This document shows positions 7,752 to 17,084 of a DNA stretch of 25,608 nt, one piece after another; position 1 is the first letter of the stretch, and each line of letters opens with the position of its first letter. This DNA comes from a virus (taxonomy: Duplodnaviria; Caudoviricetes): positions 1-25,608 of the IMG/VR virus record IMGVR_UViG_3300002307_000209, one strand, 5' to 3'. Both the position numbers and the translations under genes were made by a program. Below the pieces are notes generated by a model. That model was given only the letters and a program-made list of their open reading frames with translations, searched no databases and had not been told where the DNA came from.

Positions 7752-8378
7752 CTATGCAAACTTAGTTTGTGTACCAAATACGGTATATGTATTGGTTGCT
7801 GTCTTAACGATTACAAAATTATATATATCTACTGAGCTTGCATTGCCGCTAGTGGGGGCTGTGCCGCCTTGCCATTTAGGGATTACGCTTGTGCCATCAA
7901 TAGTAATAGCAGAGTTGTAATAAGCGGTTGCGCCATTTGTGCAAAGAAAGCTAATTGAGATTGATTCTCCATTAGCCATTAAAGTATTTAAAGCGGTTGA
8001 GCTTGATCCACGAATGTTAAGTGTAAAGTTGCCGCTGGCATTAGTTGTATAGTAAAGAACTGATTGGCTAGTTACATCATAGTTAATTGTGCCAGTTGCG
8101 GCTGTAGCGGATACTGTAGCACCTTCTAGTATATTAAATGTTTTTTGCGATGCAGTAGAAGCTGATCCTGTAAAGGTTTGTTTTGCTGAAAAGCTATTTG
8201 CAGAAGATAATCCTGGAACTTGTAAAGCCGCTTGAGCTTCGGCTGGGTTTCCAGTTAATCCTAAAAGACCAGTTACATAATCCCACAATGAAGCAAAACC
8301 AACACGGGCTACCGCATTTGAGGGATTTGGGTAGGTATCTGATATTTCCGTTTTGGCTGGGGGTGCGGCGTAGGTCAT
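7752..8378 (-). CDS. Putative tail fibre adaptor protein; C-terminal domain paralogous to 1069..1569
   Basis: Directly follows the J-like gene and shares the ~125-aa domain ending in QTKFA with 1069..1569. Confidence 0.6.
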   Translation of the reverse strand: MTYAAPPAKTEISDTYPNPSNAVARVGFASLWDYVTGLLGLTGNPAEAQAALQVPGLSSANSFSAKQTFTGSASTASQKTFNILEGATVSATAATGTINYDVTSQSVLYYTTNASGNFTLNIRGSSSTALNTLMANGESISISFLCTNGATAYYNSAITIDGTSVIPKWQGGTAPTSGNASSVDIYNFVIVKTATNTYTVFGTQTKFA

Positions 8379-8379
8379 C

Positions 8380-11328
8380 TTAATATCCTTGAACTGTTAT
8401 ATCGGCTTTTGCGCCTGATACTGCAATATGAGAAGAATTATATCCTGTTACGGTAGGTTGTAAAGGTATTGTCTTGTCGGTTTCTACGGTTACAACTCCT
8501 AAGGAATTGTCCTGTAGGGTTACTAATACGGTGTTGATATGATGGTAAGTCTTGGTGTAGGGAACCACGCTACCATTGATGGTTACATTGCTTAAATTTT
8601 CTGTAATAGATGGGGCATCTACCGCAAAAATTAACTGATCAATTTCGGCGGCTACTCCAGAACCAACCGTTACCCTGAACTGATAAATGTCTTTCTTAAT
8701 AGGCAATAAACCTGGCAATGTTACAAAATCGGCATCTCCAGTATCGGTTCCATAGAATGAAGCGGCTGGATCAATGCCATATTTAGATTCGGCATCTGGA
8801 CCATAAAATGATGCAGAATTGACTAGGCGATACTCAATATTGATGTTTTTACCAATAATGACTGAGAACATCTCGCCATAAGATCCAGTAAGGGCTGTGT
8901 CAATATAAATAGGCTGGCTAGTGTAAATAAGCTGTTCTGTGGCTGTTTCTGCATAAAACGGAATAGCATCAGCTTCATAAAATGATTGCTCATCTAATCC
9001 ATAAAATGAACCAGAATCGTTTGCCACAATATTGCCGCCTACGATTGTGCCGCCTACGATTGTGCCAGCCCATCCATGAGCCTTAAAATCATAGTCATAA
9101 ACTATATTGGTATTTAATCCTGTTCTACCAGCATACAAAAGAGTTGCCGCATTAATGGATTCATGCCCTAAAGTATCAACCGCTTTAATCATTACAGTTG
9201 TAAGGGTGTTTGGAAGCCCGTTTGCACTATAGTTGGATTCGGTCAAATAACCGTTAAACAATGGGGTTCCGCTACCCCAATCGATATTGTCCCCATAATG
9301 GAATCGAATAGTATATCCAGCCAATCTAGCTGAATAAACCGTTTGCCAATCTAAAATCTGGTTATTGTTATAGAACCCAGCTACATCATCAATCCATATA
9401 GGATTCCAAACAAATGGTGCTGAAGCTGGCGAAAAATTACTTGCCGCCAAAGCATTTTTCATTTTTGAAAAAAAGTAATAAGTATTTGCTTCTAGCGTTG
9501 TTATATTAATTGGCGGCATAGCCGTATTAATATTATAGGGATTACCATTAGGATGAATCTCAGTAGTACCAAAATAAGTTAATTGGCTGGCTATTGGGTT
9601 TGGAACTGTGGAATACCAAAGTTCAGCATATTGAACTACACCAGCAGAACTAGTTGTAACAACTACATCAAATGATGGCTGATAACCAGATGTGACTACA
9701 TTATCTACAACTGGTGCTGGAATTATGCCAAACACATTTGGATCGCCAATACCAGTATTAGGGGATTGTTGGAATTGAGTAATGGCTACATCATCATAAA
9801 CAGTAGGGTTGTATTCCAACAAAGTTAGTTCAACGATAATCCCGCCATCTTGAACAAATGTCTGAATAACCTTGCTTAGACGAAATAACTTATTATCCCA
9901 TCCATAATTGGCATTAGTTACTGTAACGACATCTCCAGCTTCTAATTGAAGTCCAGTAAAGTTAATACCAACCTTAAATTGTAAATCTTCCCTTGCGCCT
10001 TTTAATAAGCGATTACAAATATATTGAGCTTGAACACTATTATTCACTAACGGCAAATCAACCGTTTGTTTGTTTACTGGCTCATTTGGATATAACAGGG
10101 CTGGATCAATTTGAGATAAATCAAATATTGATGAATCAAAAACATCCTTTGCCGCACCATCTGAAAATTTAACTTCAGTAATATTAAAGCTGGCAGAAGT
10201 ATCTAATGGCGAAATATTGATTGCCGTAACCATGTTGGAATCATTAATATTCATTGCCACCGTGTAATCTGGTGTCTGAACAATAACGCCCCATTTAGCG
10301 GTAATTTCGTTATATTTAACTAAACAATCACAGCAAGATGCCATGTTCTGAAGGTTTGCCATAACCGTATTGGAAGTTGGCAAATACCCGTTAAATTGAA
10401 ATCTAGGTTGAGTTGATGTTGTTCCAGCAAAGTTAGTATAGGTAAATAACTCATTGGAATAGACATTTAACGCATCAAAAGTAGGTGCATCTATTTGATT
10501 AGAAGTAATAGCCGCACCATAGCGTTCGCTTAACATATAATCTTTAAAGCAATCGCCAGGACTTCTTCTAGGATTAATTATTTGGAATCGAGTTTGCTGA
10601 AGGCTAGTAAGGTTAGCTGATTGGCTATAACGCAAATGCACAATGGCAAATACGCAATCAGACATTAATTTTGTGCTATCCCATTTATAAACTAGGTCAG
10701 AAGCCGACATGACTTCAATAGCTGTTTTAGTGGTATTTACTGGAGCATTTGATCCATTGCGGTATAGATAAAAATCCATTTTTCCAGCAACGGTAGTATC
10801 TACAACTCCTGTAGATTCATCGGTTAAAGATGCAACGGTATAGCCATTAGTATCAAAGTTTACTAATTTGCCGCCCCAATAAATATTGCCAAAACTAAAT
10901 ACATCTGGGGTATTTCCAAATTCGCTATTGGTTACTTCGCAAAGAGCAAATACATAATAAATATCTTGGTTGTTTTCGCTAATAGATAGATCAACAACTG
11001 TACCGCCTAAATAACTGGTTCCATAAACTACAGGAAGTTTATTGTCTGTTTGGGGGCTTAATTGTTGGCGAACACCTTGATTAGGAGCTTGTTGATAACC
11101 TATATTTGTATTAAAAGCCGCTGAAGCTGGTGGCGGTACATATACAGGCTGGGCAATAATAGATGAAGCATCGTACGAACTTGCGTACGAGATTACAGGG
11201 GCTTCTGGTGCTTTATTAAATATTGGACCAATACCAACCGCAGTCGATACAACATCAACAACGCCTTCTACAATGCCTACAACGGCATTAATAATAGGAC
11301 TAATAATTGGTATTCCACCACCACCCAT
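8380..11328 (-). CDS. Tail tip/central fibre protein (lambda J-like hub plus Fn3-like domains)
   Basis: 982 aa at the J position. Motifs 'KLPVVYG', 'FALCE', 'GLQLEAGDVVTVT...KLFRLSKV...VELTLLEYNPTVY' are typical of phage tail-tip hub proteins, followed by Fn3-like segments ('TYYFFSKMKN', 'TVMIKAVDTLGHES'). Confidence 0.8.
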   Translation of the reverse strand: MGGGGIPIISPIINAVVGIVEGVVDVVSTAVGIGPIFNKAPEAPVISYASSYDASSIIAQPVYVPPPASAAFNTNIGYQQAPNQGVRQQLSPQTDNKLPVVYGTSYLGGTVVDLSISENNQDIYYVFALCEVTNSEFGNTPDVFSFGNIYWGGKLVNFDTNGYTVASLTDESTGVVDTTVAGKMDFYLYRNGSNAPVNTTKTAIEVMSASDLVYKWDSTKLMSDCVFAIVHLRYSQSANLTSLQQTRFQIINPRRSPGDCFKDYMLSERYGAAITSNQIDAPTFDALNVYSNELFTYTNFAGTTSTQPRFQFNGYLPTSNTVMANLQNMASCCDCLVKYNEITAKWGVIVQTPDYTVAMNINDSNMVTAINISPLDTSASFNITEVKFSDGAAKDVFDSSIFDLSQIDPALLYPNEPVNKQTVDLPLVNNSVQAQYICNRLLKGAREDLQFKVGINFTGLQLEAGDVVTVTNANYGWDNKLFRLSKVIQTFVQDGGIIVELTLLEYNPTVYDDVAITQFQQSPNTGIGDPNVFGIIPAPVVDNVVTSGYQPSFDVVVTTSSAGVVQYAELWYSTVPNPIASQLTYFGTTEIHPNGNPYNINTAMPPINITTLEANTYYFFSKMKNALAASNFSPASAPFVWNPIWIDDVAGFYNNNQILDWQTVYSARLAGYTIRFHYGDNIDWGSGTPLFNGYLTESNYSANGLPNTLTTVMIKAVDTLGHESINAATLLYAGRTGLNTNIVYDYDFKAHGWAGTIVGGTIVGGNIVANDSGSFYGLDEQSFYEADAIPFYAETATEQLIYTSQPIYIDTALTGSYGEMFSVIIGKNINIEYRLVNSASFYGPDAESKYGIDPAASFYGTDTGDADFVTLPGLLPIKKDIYQFRVTVGSGVAAEIDQLIFAVDAPSITENLSNVTINGSVVPYTKTYHHINTVLVTLQDNSLGVVTVETDKTIPLQPTVTGYNSSHIAVSGAKADITVQGY
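9033..9066. repeat. Exact 15-bp tandem duplication within the J-like gene (GTIVG-GTIVG)
   Basis: tgccgcctacgattg x2 followed by tgcc; in frame. Confidence 0.85.
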
Positions 11329-11757
11329 TTAATGACCCCAAGTTTCGCTGTTAAGAAGATAGCCAAATCGTTCGTAATTGACCTTTGGCTGTCCTTTAAG
11401 TTTAGTAACGGTAAACAAGGCTATTCTTCCTTGTTCTTTTAATTTGTTGCCAAAGTCGGTGTAAGCATCCAATAATCTATAAGCAATAGATCCACCTCTA
11501 AATTCTGGGCGAACATACCATGCCAATTCATGCAGAATTAGCGTTTTGTCGCAGAATACGGATGGAGCAACTGTGGACATTAACAAGCCTTTACCTTCTT
11601 CATAAAATATTGCGCCCGCACCAGCAATCATTGAATCTAATAACTTATGCCAGTATGGTTCGTTATCAAACTTTAATAATCCGTTAGCTTCGTCTTGAAA
11701 CTCCCGCATCATCTTGATAATCTCTGTCTTGTCGTGTTTTGTTGCCAATCTAATCAT
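11329..11757 (-). CDS. GNAT-family N-acetyltransferase
   Basis: N-terminal 'MIRLATKHD' and acetyl-CoA-binding motif A 'LAWYVRPEFRGGSIAYRLL', plus C-terminal 'YERFGY'; 142 aa. Confidence 0.8.
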   Translation of the reverse strand: MIRLATKHDKTEIIKMMREFQDEANGLLKFDNEPYWHKLLDSMIAGAGAIFYEEGKGLLMSTVAPSVFCDKTLILHELAWYVRPEFRGGSIAYRLLDAYTDFGNKLKEQGRIALFTVTKLKGQPKVNYERFGYLLNSETWGH

Positions 11758-12362
11758 TATGAATTTGCTGGTGAGTTCTTTCCAAAATAATAATTAGTTG
11801 TAGATATAACTGGAACTCTACTCATGCTTGTATCATCAGGGGCATAAAACTGCCATGAATTATTGTTAGTATAACGCCCAGCCGCACGATTCTGTAGGAT
11901 CAACTGATTAGATGAAGCTGAAATGGTAATCGTTCCGACATACATTTTTGCTTCTTCAAACCATTGCTCTGAGATGTTAAAAGATGTTACATAACCATTA
12001 AAGAATTGATATAAACCGCCAGTACCACCAGCATCTAAAAGCTGTCCATCAGTATTAAAGAATCCATGCCACATCTCTATTTTTGAGCCTTTAATATTTT
12101 GACCCAATACCCAGCCCAGCATGGCAGTATCAATCCCAACTACTGATACTGTAGTTTCATTGGCTGTGGACTTAATGTCCCGTTGAGCATCTCCAATGGT
12201 AACTAATGGTCCTAACGCTGAAAATGGTTGCGAATCTACCGCTGGTATTAATAAAGATGTATATGCCGTAGAAAATAGATAAGTATCAGATGGATTAATA
12301 ATGCGAACAAAATCCGCAATCCGAATGTTATTGGTATTTTGTAACGGAACTATTGGGTTCAT
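11757..12362 (-). CDS. Minor tail/hub protein (position and size of lambda L-like/DUF2163-like)
   Basis: Lies after the distal tail gene. 'IKGSKIEMWHGFF...FFNGYVTSFNI...ITISASS...AGRYTNNNSWQFYAPDDTSM' resembles siphophage minor tail proteins. Confidence 0.6.
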   Translation of the reverse strand: MNPIVPLQNTNNIRIADFVRIINPSDTYLFSTAYTSLLIPAVDSQPFSALGPLVTIGDAQRDIKSTANETTVSVVGIDTAMLGWVLGQNIKGSKIEMWHGFFNTDGQLLDAGGTGGLYQFFNGYVTSFNISEQWFEEAKMYVGTITISASSNQLILQNRAAGRYTNNNSWQFYAPDDTSMSRVPVISTTNYYFGKNSPANS

Positions 12363-13039
12363 AGTACGGATTCAAAAGCAGAGAATTGCGCCGACCATTG
12401 AATAAAGCTATCGTTAGTCATTGGTACTAATGTATATGCTGGATAACTTCTTAGAATTACTGGAAAAGTAATGCCAGTATATGTTGTGCCGCCCATTGCT
12501 ACAGTTGTTCCAAATTCACCAATAACGGCATTAATTGGAGAAACTACTGCATCAATCAAACCACGATGAACTGGAATATTTACAGTTGTGCCAGATCCAC
12601 GCAATACAGTTTCAGTAGCAATATAAGAATATCTACCAACCTGACAAAAATCACCAACCTTAACAATAATAGTAGATGCGCTAACGGTAGGAAGATTACC
12701 CAAAACTAGAATCTTGGCGGCTGAAGCTGGCTCCCATTGGCATGAGCTAATTTGACTTGGCGTTAAATCGCCTTGATATTGAATGTAGTTTTTCCAACCA
12801 GTAGTTCCAAAGTTTAAATATTGCTCTAAAGATTTATCTGGAATACGCAATGAATTTAAAAGTCCACGATTCTGACTGTAAAGCAAATAATTCATTGGCT
12901 TAAAAGTAAATACAAATGGCGTTACTGTCACAATCTCGCTTGTGAAAATATGCTGATTTCGGCTTACTACTTGACCTACAAATCGCTGGTCATTAATAGC
13001 TACCGTTTCGGATATGGCGAGAATTTGATTTAATGACAT
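12359..13039 (-). CDS. Putative distal tail protein
   Basis: Immediately downstream of the tape measure gene; beta-rich, 226 aa. The call is mainly positional. Confidence 0.55.
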   Translation of the reverse strand: MSLNQILAISETVAINDQRFVGQVVSRNQHIFTSEIVTVTPFVFTFKPMNYLLYSQNRGLLNSLRIPDKSLEQYLNFGTTGWKNYIQYQGDLTPSQISSCQWEPASAAKILVLGNLPTVSASTIIVKVGDFCQVGRYSYIATETVLRGSGTTVNIPVHRGLIDAVVSPINAVIGEFGTTVAMGGTTYTGITFPVILRSYPAYTLVPMTNDSFIQWSAQFSAFESVL

Positions 13040-13042
13040 AGA

Positions 13043-14917
13043 TTACCTAGTAGTTGGCAATGAACGAGAAGCAGATAGATTAGCCGCCCATACTGCGGTT
13101 TTGTTCTTAGCCAAGAATTGTGTAGCTGATTGAGTATCAATAGCTGTCATATTCGCGATATATGGTCCGTTATATACAACTGATGGCTGGCTACCACCAG
13201 AGTTGCTTAATTGATTATTAGGAATAATAGTGCCAGGGCGATCTGGAACAAATATTTCTGGTCCTCTTTCACCCACAATAGAAGGCTGATCTGTAGGCGG
13301 TCTGCCGCCATCAGCAAATCCTAATAAAGCCAATCCAGTAGTAACAATAGAAGATCCGCTAATACTGCTAAATGCGGCTGTCATTGCTTTAGTTGCCAAT
13401 GCTTGTGCTTGAATTTTAAGCAAATCTAAAATTACGCTACGGGCAAAACTACTAAAGCTAAACTTGCCAGTTTCAACAAAAGTGTTGATGGCATTGGTCA
13501 TATTGCCAGTAATAGAACGGAAAGAATCTTCGCCCATCTTGCCGTAGTTATAAGCATCTTCGGCATATTGTTTAAATGCTTTATTCCAACCAAATTCAAA
13601 AGTACGCTGAACAGATATTGCGTATTGTTCTTGTTGTTTAGCAAGATCAACAAACGCCTGGCTTAATTCTTCAACTTTTTTAATCTGATTGTCATATTCT
13701 TGAAGAACTTGCTCATTAGCACCACGACCAGCGGCGGCTTCTCTAGCCTTAGTAATCTCATCTACCTTTTTGCTAGTCGCATCTAATACTTGATTAATTG
13801 CTTCCTGAACCTTTTTCTCATCATTGGTCATTCCAACCATTTGATTACGAATGGCTAATTGCTGTAATGAGAATACTTGTTGCCGTCTATATTCTTCAGA
13901 AATAAGAGTTGCCGTATAAAGCATATTTTTTTGCTTATCGGCTTCAGGATCTTTAGCGGCGGTTACATCACGATTGACGGCGGCATTAGGATTTTTAGGA
14001 TCTGCTTGCTGTGGGTTTACCAAGGCTTGCAACTTGCCCCTAAACATAATCTGATCGGCATAAATCTTTCTGAGCTTTTCCTGATATTGTTCATCAGTCA
14101 TCTTATTAAAGATTTTGTCCCAAGCCGCACCCATGACTTCTAAAGCACTACCAACGCTACCAGCGGCATACCATAAACCAACCAATAGCTTATTGAGCTT
14201 ATCAAATACAGCTTCAGCCAAACCGCCTTTAGATACCCAAATTTCTAACATGGCATCAATAGTTGGCATGAGATGTTGAGTAAATGCCAAAGTCAGCATC
14301 ATGGTTTTCTTTTCAAGCCTATCGTGCATATCCGCAGTTAAAGCTATGGCGGCTTGATATTTATCGTATTCTTCTGAGCTTTTTTGGATTTCTTCATTAA
14401 AGGCGTTCATATCAACGCCACGCATAGACTTACCAAATAAAGCTACTTTTTCACCAGTTTGACTGGCTTTATCGCCCATGTTGGCGATACCTTCAGTAGT
14501 CTTTTTAAGTAAATCTTCTGTAGATAAACTTTTTAAATCTTGCAGACCTACACCGATACGGGCAAACGCATCTTGAAGTGGTTTGGAACCTTGTGCCGCT
14601 TTATCAATATTATCGGCAAACTTTTCTACAACTTTGCCAGCGTCATCAAAATGACCACCTGACATTTCCAAAGCATCGGAAAGCTGTAAGATTTTGCTAA
14701 TACTGATGCCAGTAGCATCGGATAGGTCGGATATTTGATCGCTAAAATTTAAAGCCTTAGTAGCCATTGCGCCCAAAGCCACAGCACCAGCTAAAGCCAT
14801 TTCTGGCAATTTGTTGGCTAATTCCGTGACTTTGGATTTGGCTGATGCAATAGCCTGTTCAAACTCAGTAGTTTCTAATCCTAGCTTAACCGCTAACTGG
14901 GCAATCGTATTAGCCAT
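13043..14917 (-). CDS. Tail tape measure protein (lambda-like C-terminal domain)
   Basis: Ala/Lys/Glu-rich helical protein with N-terminal 'IAQLAVKLGLETTEF', lambda-type 'GWNKAFKQYAEDA...FVETGKFSFSSFARSVILDL' and 'FADGG....PSIVGERGPEIFVP'. Confidence 0.92.
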   Translation of the reverse strand: MANTIAQLAVKLGLETTEFEQAIASAKSKVTELANKLPEMALAGAVALGAMATKALNFSDQISDLSDATGISISKILQLSDALEMSGGHFDDAGKVVEKFADNIDKAAQGSKPLQDAFARIGVGLQDLKSLSTEDLLKKTTEGIANMGDKASQTGEKVALFGKSMRGVDMNAFNEEIQKSSEEYDKYQAAIALTADMHDRLEKKTMMLTLAFTQHLMPTIDAMLEIWVSKGGLAEAVFDKLNKLLVGLWYAAGSVGSALEVMGAAWDKIFNKMTDEQYQEKLRKIYADQIMFRGKLQALVNPQQADPKNPNAAVNRDVTAAKDPEADKQKNMLYTATLISEEYRRQQVFSLQQLAIRNQMVGMTNDEKKVQEAINQVLDATSKKVDEITKAREAAAGRGANEQVLQEYDNQIKKVEELSQAFVDLAKQQEQYAISVQRTFEFGWNKAFKQYAEDAYNYGKMGEDSFRSITGNMTNAINTFVETGKFSFSSFARSVILDLLKIQAQALATKAMTAAFSSISGSSIVTTGLALLGFADGGRPPTDQPSIVGERGPEIFVPDRPGTIIPNNQLSNSGGSQPSVVYNGPYIANMTAIDTQSATQFLAKNKTAVWAANLSASRSLPTTR

Positions 14918-15271
14918 TTATTGTCCTTTTAATACATCAGGTGCTCCAGGGTGCATCATTGCAAAAGCTATTAGATTTTTGCTTACTTGCTCCCGTTTTG
15001 CTTCCTCAGTTAGTGGTGGATAAAGATAATCGTACTGATTCGGTATTATATCTTGTAATTTATATGGAGAAGCCCCTTTTGTTAATAAACTATTAAAATG
15101 TCCAGCCGTTAAACTTCCTAATACTTGAATAATGCCAAAATTACCAATAATGCCATCGTTATACATAATACAAATGTCATTAAAAACTTCTTCATCTACA
15201 GTTGCTGGGTCGGTTCCGTGAGCCGTTAAATAAGCCTTAACTTGCCTTCGTACCGACCTAATTACTTTCCC
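14918..15271 (-). CDS. Tail assembly chaperone GT, -1 frameshift extension (T segment)
   Basis: The -1 frame is open from the slippery site: GKVIRSVRRQVKAYLTAHGTDPATVDEEVFNDICIMYNDGIIG...DVLKGQ*. It includes the track ORF 14918..15166 and is bounded upstream by TAA at 15272-15274. Confidence 0.85.
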   Translation of the reverse strand, partial: GKVIRSVRRQVKAYLTAHGTDPATVDEEVFNDICIMYNDGIIGNFGIIQVLGSLTAGHFNSLLTKGASPYKLQDIIPNQYDYLYPPLTEEAKREQVSKNLIAFAMMHPGAPDVLKGQ

Positions 15272-15747
15272 TTAATGTCCTTATAACCTGGAGAAATCGT
15301 ATCACTAATTCGTTCGATTAATTCAATTTGAACGGATATAGGGAATAATTCCTCAATCTCAGAATAAGTTAAATCTTCTAAAGATTGTCCTTCTTCTGGA
15401 ACTAATAATTTAAACATCTCCAAAATACGAGTTTCGGTTAATGCTTTATTCTTTGCGGCTTCCCGCATTGATCTACCTTGAATTTCAATATCATCCTTTT
15501 TAAAGACGATACCCTCATCCTTAGAAAATTGAGCTTTATTTTTAATAAACTGTTCGGTCAGTTTATCGTAATATTCATTTACCTTAACTTCGTCTGGTGT
15601 TTTTAATCGTTCAATCATTGCATCATATTCTGATGTCAATGGAACCTTTACTTTAAATGTATGCCCATAAAAGTCAAAAGTGCGAATACGCAGTAAATCT
15701 TTGTTTTCTTCAAATTTTTTGCCAAATGCTGTGCCTAGCTTACTCAT
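15262..15747 (-). CDS. Tail assembly chaperone (gpG-like)
   Basis: Upstream of the tape measure gene with SD GGAG, ending ...AAG GGA AAG TAA with the slippery heptamer. Confidence 0.85.
   Translation of the reverse strand: MSKLGTAFGKKFEENKDLLRIRTFDFYGHTFKVKVPLTSEYDAMIERLKTPDEVKVNEYYDKLTEQFIKNKAQFSKDEGIVFKKDDIEIQGRSMREAAKNKALTETRILEMFKLLVPEEGQSLEDLTYSEIEELFPISVQIELIERISDTISPGYKDIKGK
15265..15271 (-). promoter_or_regulatory. Programmed -1 ribosomal frameshift site GGGAAAG
   Basis: G GGA AAG immediately before the stop codon, identical to the lambda G/T slippery sequence. Confidence 0.9.
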
Positions 15748-15755
15748 AAAACTCC

Positions 15756-16271
15756 TTACTTGTTATATTTTGATTTGTATTTTGCTAATGCTTGACCTAG
15801 GGTATTCCCTAAGTCGTTTGTAACTTCCTGTGATTGAGATTCAAGAGAGCTTCTCATATAAGGATGTGGCGGCATTTTATAACTACCAAATTCTTGAACA
15901 TTGGCACGGGCATCTGATTTAATGCCAACTTCTTTGGTTCCAGATTTTTTATTTTGCCATTTCTTTTTAGCAAGGACATTACCAGGAGCCGTAGTTACTA
16001 AAGCCATAGCAACTTGTCCAGGTCTATAGTACCTAGAACGCTTATCTCTAGCATTTGGTTTACGAGCTTCAATTCTAAGGGACTGGGACAATGCACCAGT
16101 ATCAACTGGGGCGCGCATCCTAGCCATTTGGAGAACGGGCTTCATGGCTTGTCTAACGCCTGAAATCAAAATTTTCTTTTGGTCTTTTTCGCCAAAATCA
16201 TCTTGAATTTCGGTCATTACATCATTAAATTCTTTAACGCCTAAGAATTGAATGGTAACTTTATCGCCCAT
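15756..16271 (-). CDS. HK97 gp10-like tail completion/neck protein
   Basis: 'ARMRAPVDTGALSQSL', 'VQEFGSYKMPPHPYMRSSLE'. Confidence 0.85.
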   Translation of the reverse strand: MGDKVTIQFLGVKEFNDVMTEIQDDFGEKDQKKILISGVRQAMKPVLQMARMRAPVDTGALSQSLRIEARKPNARDKRSRYYRPGQVAMALVTTAPGNVLAKKKWQNKKSGTKEVGIKSDARANVQEFGSYKMPPHPYMRSSLESQSQEVTNDLGNTLGQALAKYKSKYNK

Positions 16272-16272
16272 G

Positions 16273-16500
16273 CTATTCCCCGTTTTTGATTAACTTTTGA
16301 TATATGGCGTTATTTAGTTTAACAACATAATCCACAACTTCCTCTGGGGATAAGGAATCTGCATGGCGTTTAGCAATCTCGTAGGCGGCATTAATGCCAG
16401 CTATGCGTTGCTGTTGAAACCCAAACCAATTTTTAGCACCGCTATTGGATTGGGTTATCAGAAAACTTAATAGGTCAATATTATTGTTTATTGTTGTCAT
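16273..16500 (-). CDS. Hypothetical protein (75 aa)
   Basis: Fills the gap between the terminator and the gp10-like gene exactly, with helical-looking composition and no recognisable motif. RBS is weak. Confidence 0.65.
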   Translation of the reverse strand: MTTINNNIDLLSFLITQSNSGAKNWFGFQQQRIAGINAAYEIAKRHADSLSPEEVVDYVVKLNNAIYQKLIKNGE

Positions 16501-16504
16501 ATAT

Positions 16505-16526
16505 TAAAAAGCCCCCGTAGGGGCTT
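16505..16526 (-). terminator. Intrinsic terminator after the major tail gene
   Basis: AAGCCCC-TACG-GGGGCTT followed by TTT; C(UACG)G tetraloop. Confidence 0.8.
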
Positions 16527-16529
16527 ATA

Positions 16530-17045
16530 TTAAGTGTTGTTAGACCAACCGTATTGGTTGCCACGAGGATGTACGGTAAATACAGCCTTGGCTTCTGCGC
16601 CTGGTTGTGCATCAATATGGAACTGAGATACACGGGCGTTAAAAGCGTAAGCAACGGTATTTGCGCCATCAGTAGCGGCAATAACCCAAGTGCGTTCTAC
16701 GATTCCGCTGTAAGCATCATCACGAACTTGTAACAAAGCAACGCTACTTGGATTCCAAGCCGCTGTGATTGTCATAGAAGTAGGTGCTGACTGAGTAGGA
16801 ATCTTGTCAGATTGACGGCTACCAGCAACCATGAATGATGCAACTGCATCGTCTTGACCGAAAGCTGGGATAGATTCAACTGGAACTAAAAATCCGTCAT
16901 TGCCAGTACCGTTAGCAGATGTGCCAACAATATCGCCAATTTTGGCTGTCCATGTGGAAAGATCGCCAACTGCTAATGCTGTAGCATCAGCTTGAACCCA
17001 TAACGATGCTGAAAACCCAGGTAATACTTGATTTGGTAGTGCCAT
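16530..17045 (-). CDS. Major tail (tube) protein
   Basis: Follows the tail terminator gene, has a strong SD (TAAGGA) in an AU-rich leader and is followed by a terminator. 'VESIPAFGQDDAVASF...IPTQSAPTSMTITAAWNPS...AYAFNARVSQF' fits the siphophage tube fold. Confidence 0.8.
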   Translation of the reverse strand: MALPNQVLPGFSASLWVQADATALAVGDLSTWTAKIGDIVGTSANGTGNDGFLVPVESIPAFGQDDAVASFMVAGSRQSDKIPTQSAPTSMTITAAWNPSSVALLQVRDDAYSGIVERTWVIAATDGANTVAYAFNARVSQFHIDAQPGAEAKAVFTVHPRGNQYGWSNNT

Positions 17046-17084
17046 GATTAATCCTTAAATTAAAAGTTAAATAATTCTATCTTA

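Noticed and set aside
1069-8378. Paralogous 3' ends as a diversity-generating retroelement VR/TR pair
   Set aside because: Both copies are coding, differences are not restricted to adenines and include an indel, and no reverse transcriptase is present in the window.
11171-11190. 7-bp inverted repeat tcgtacg...cgtacga in the J-like gene
   Set aside because: It is short, lies inside coding sequence (SYASSYD) and is explained by repeated TCG TAC codons.
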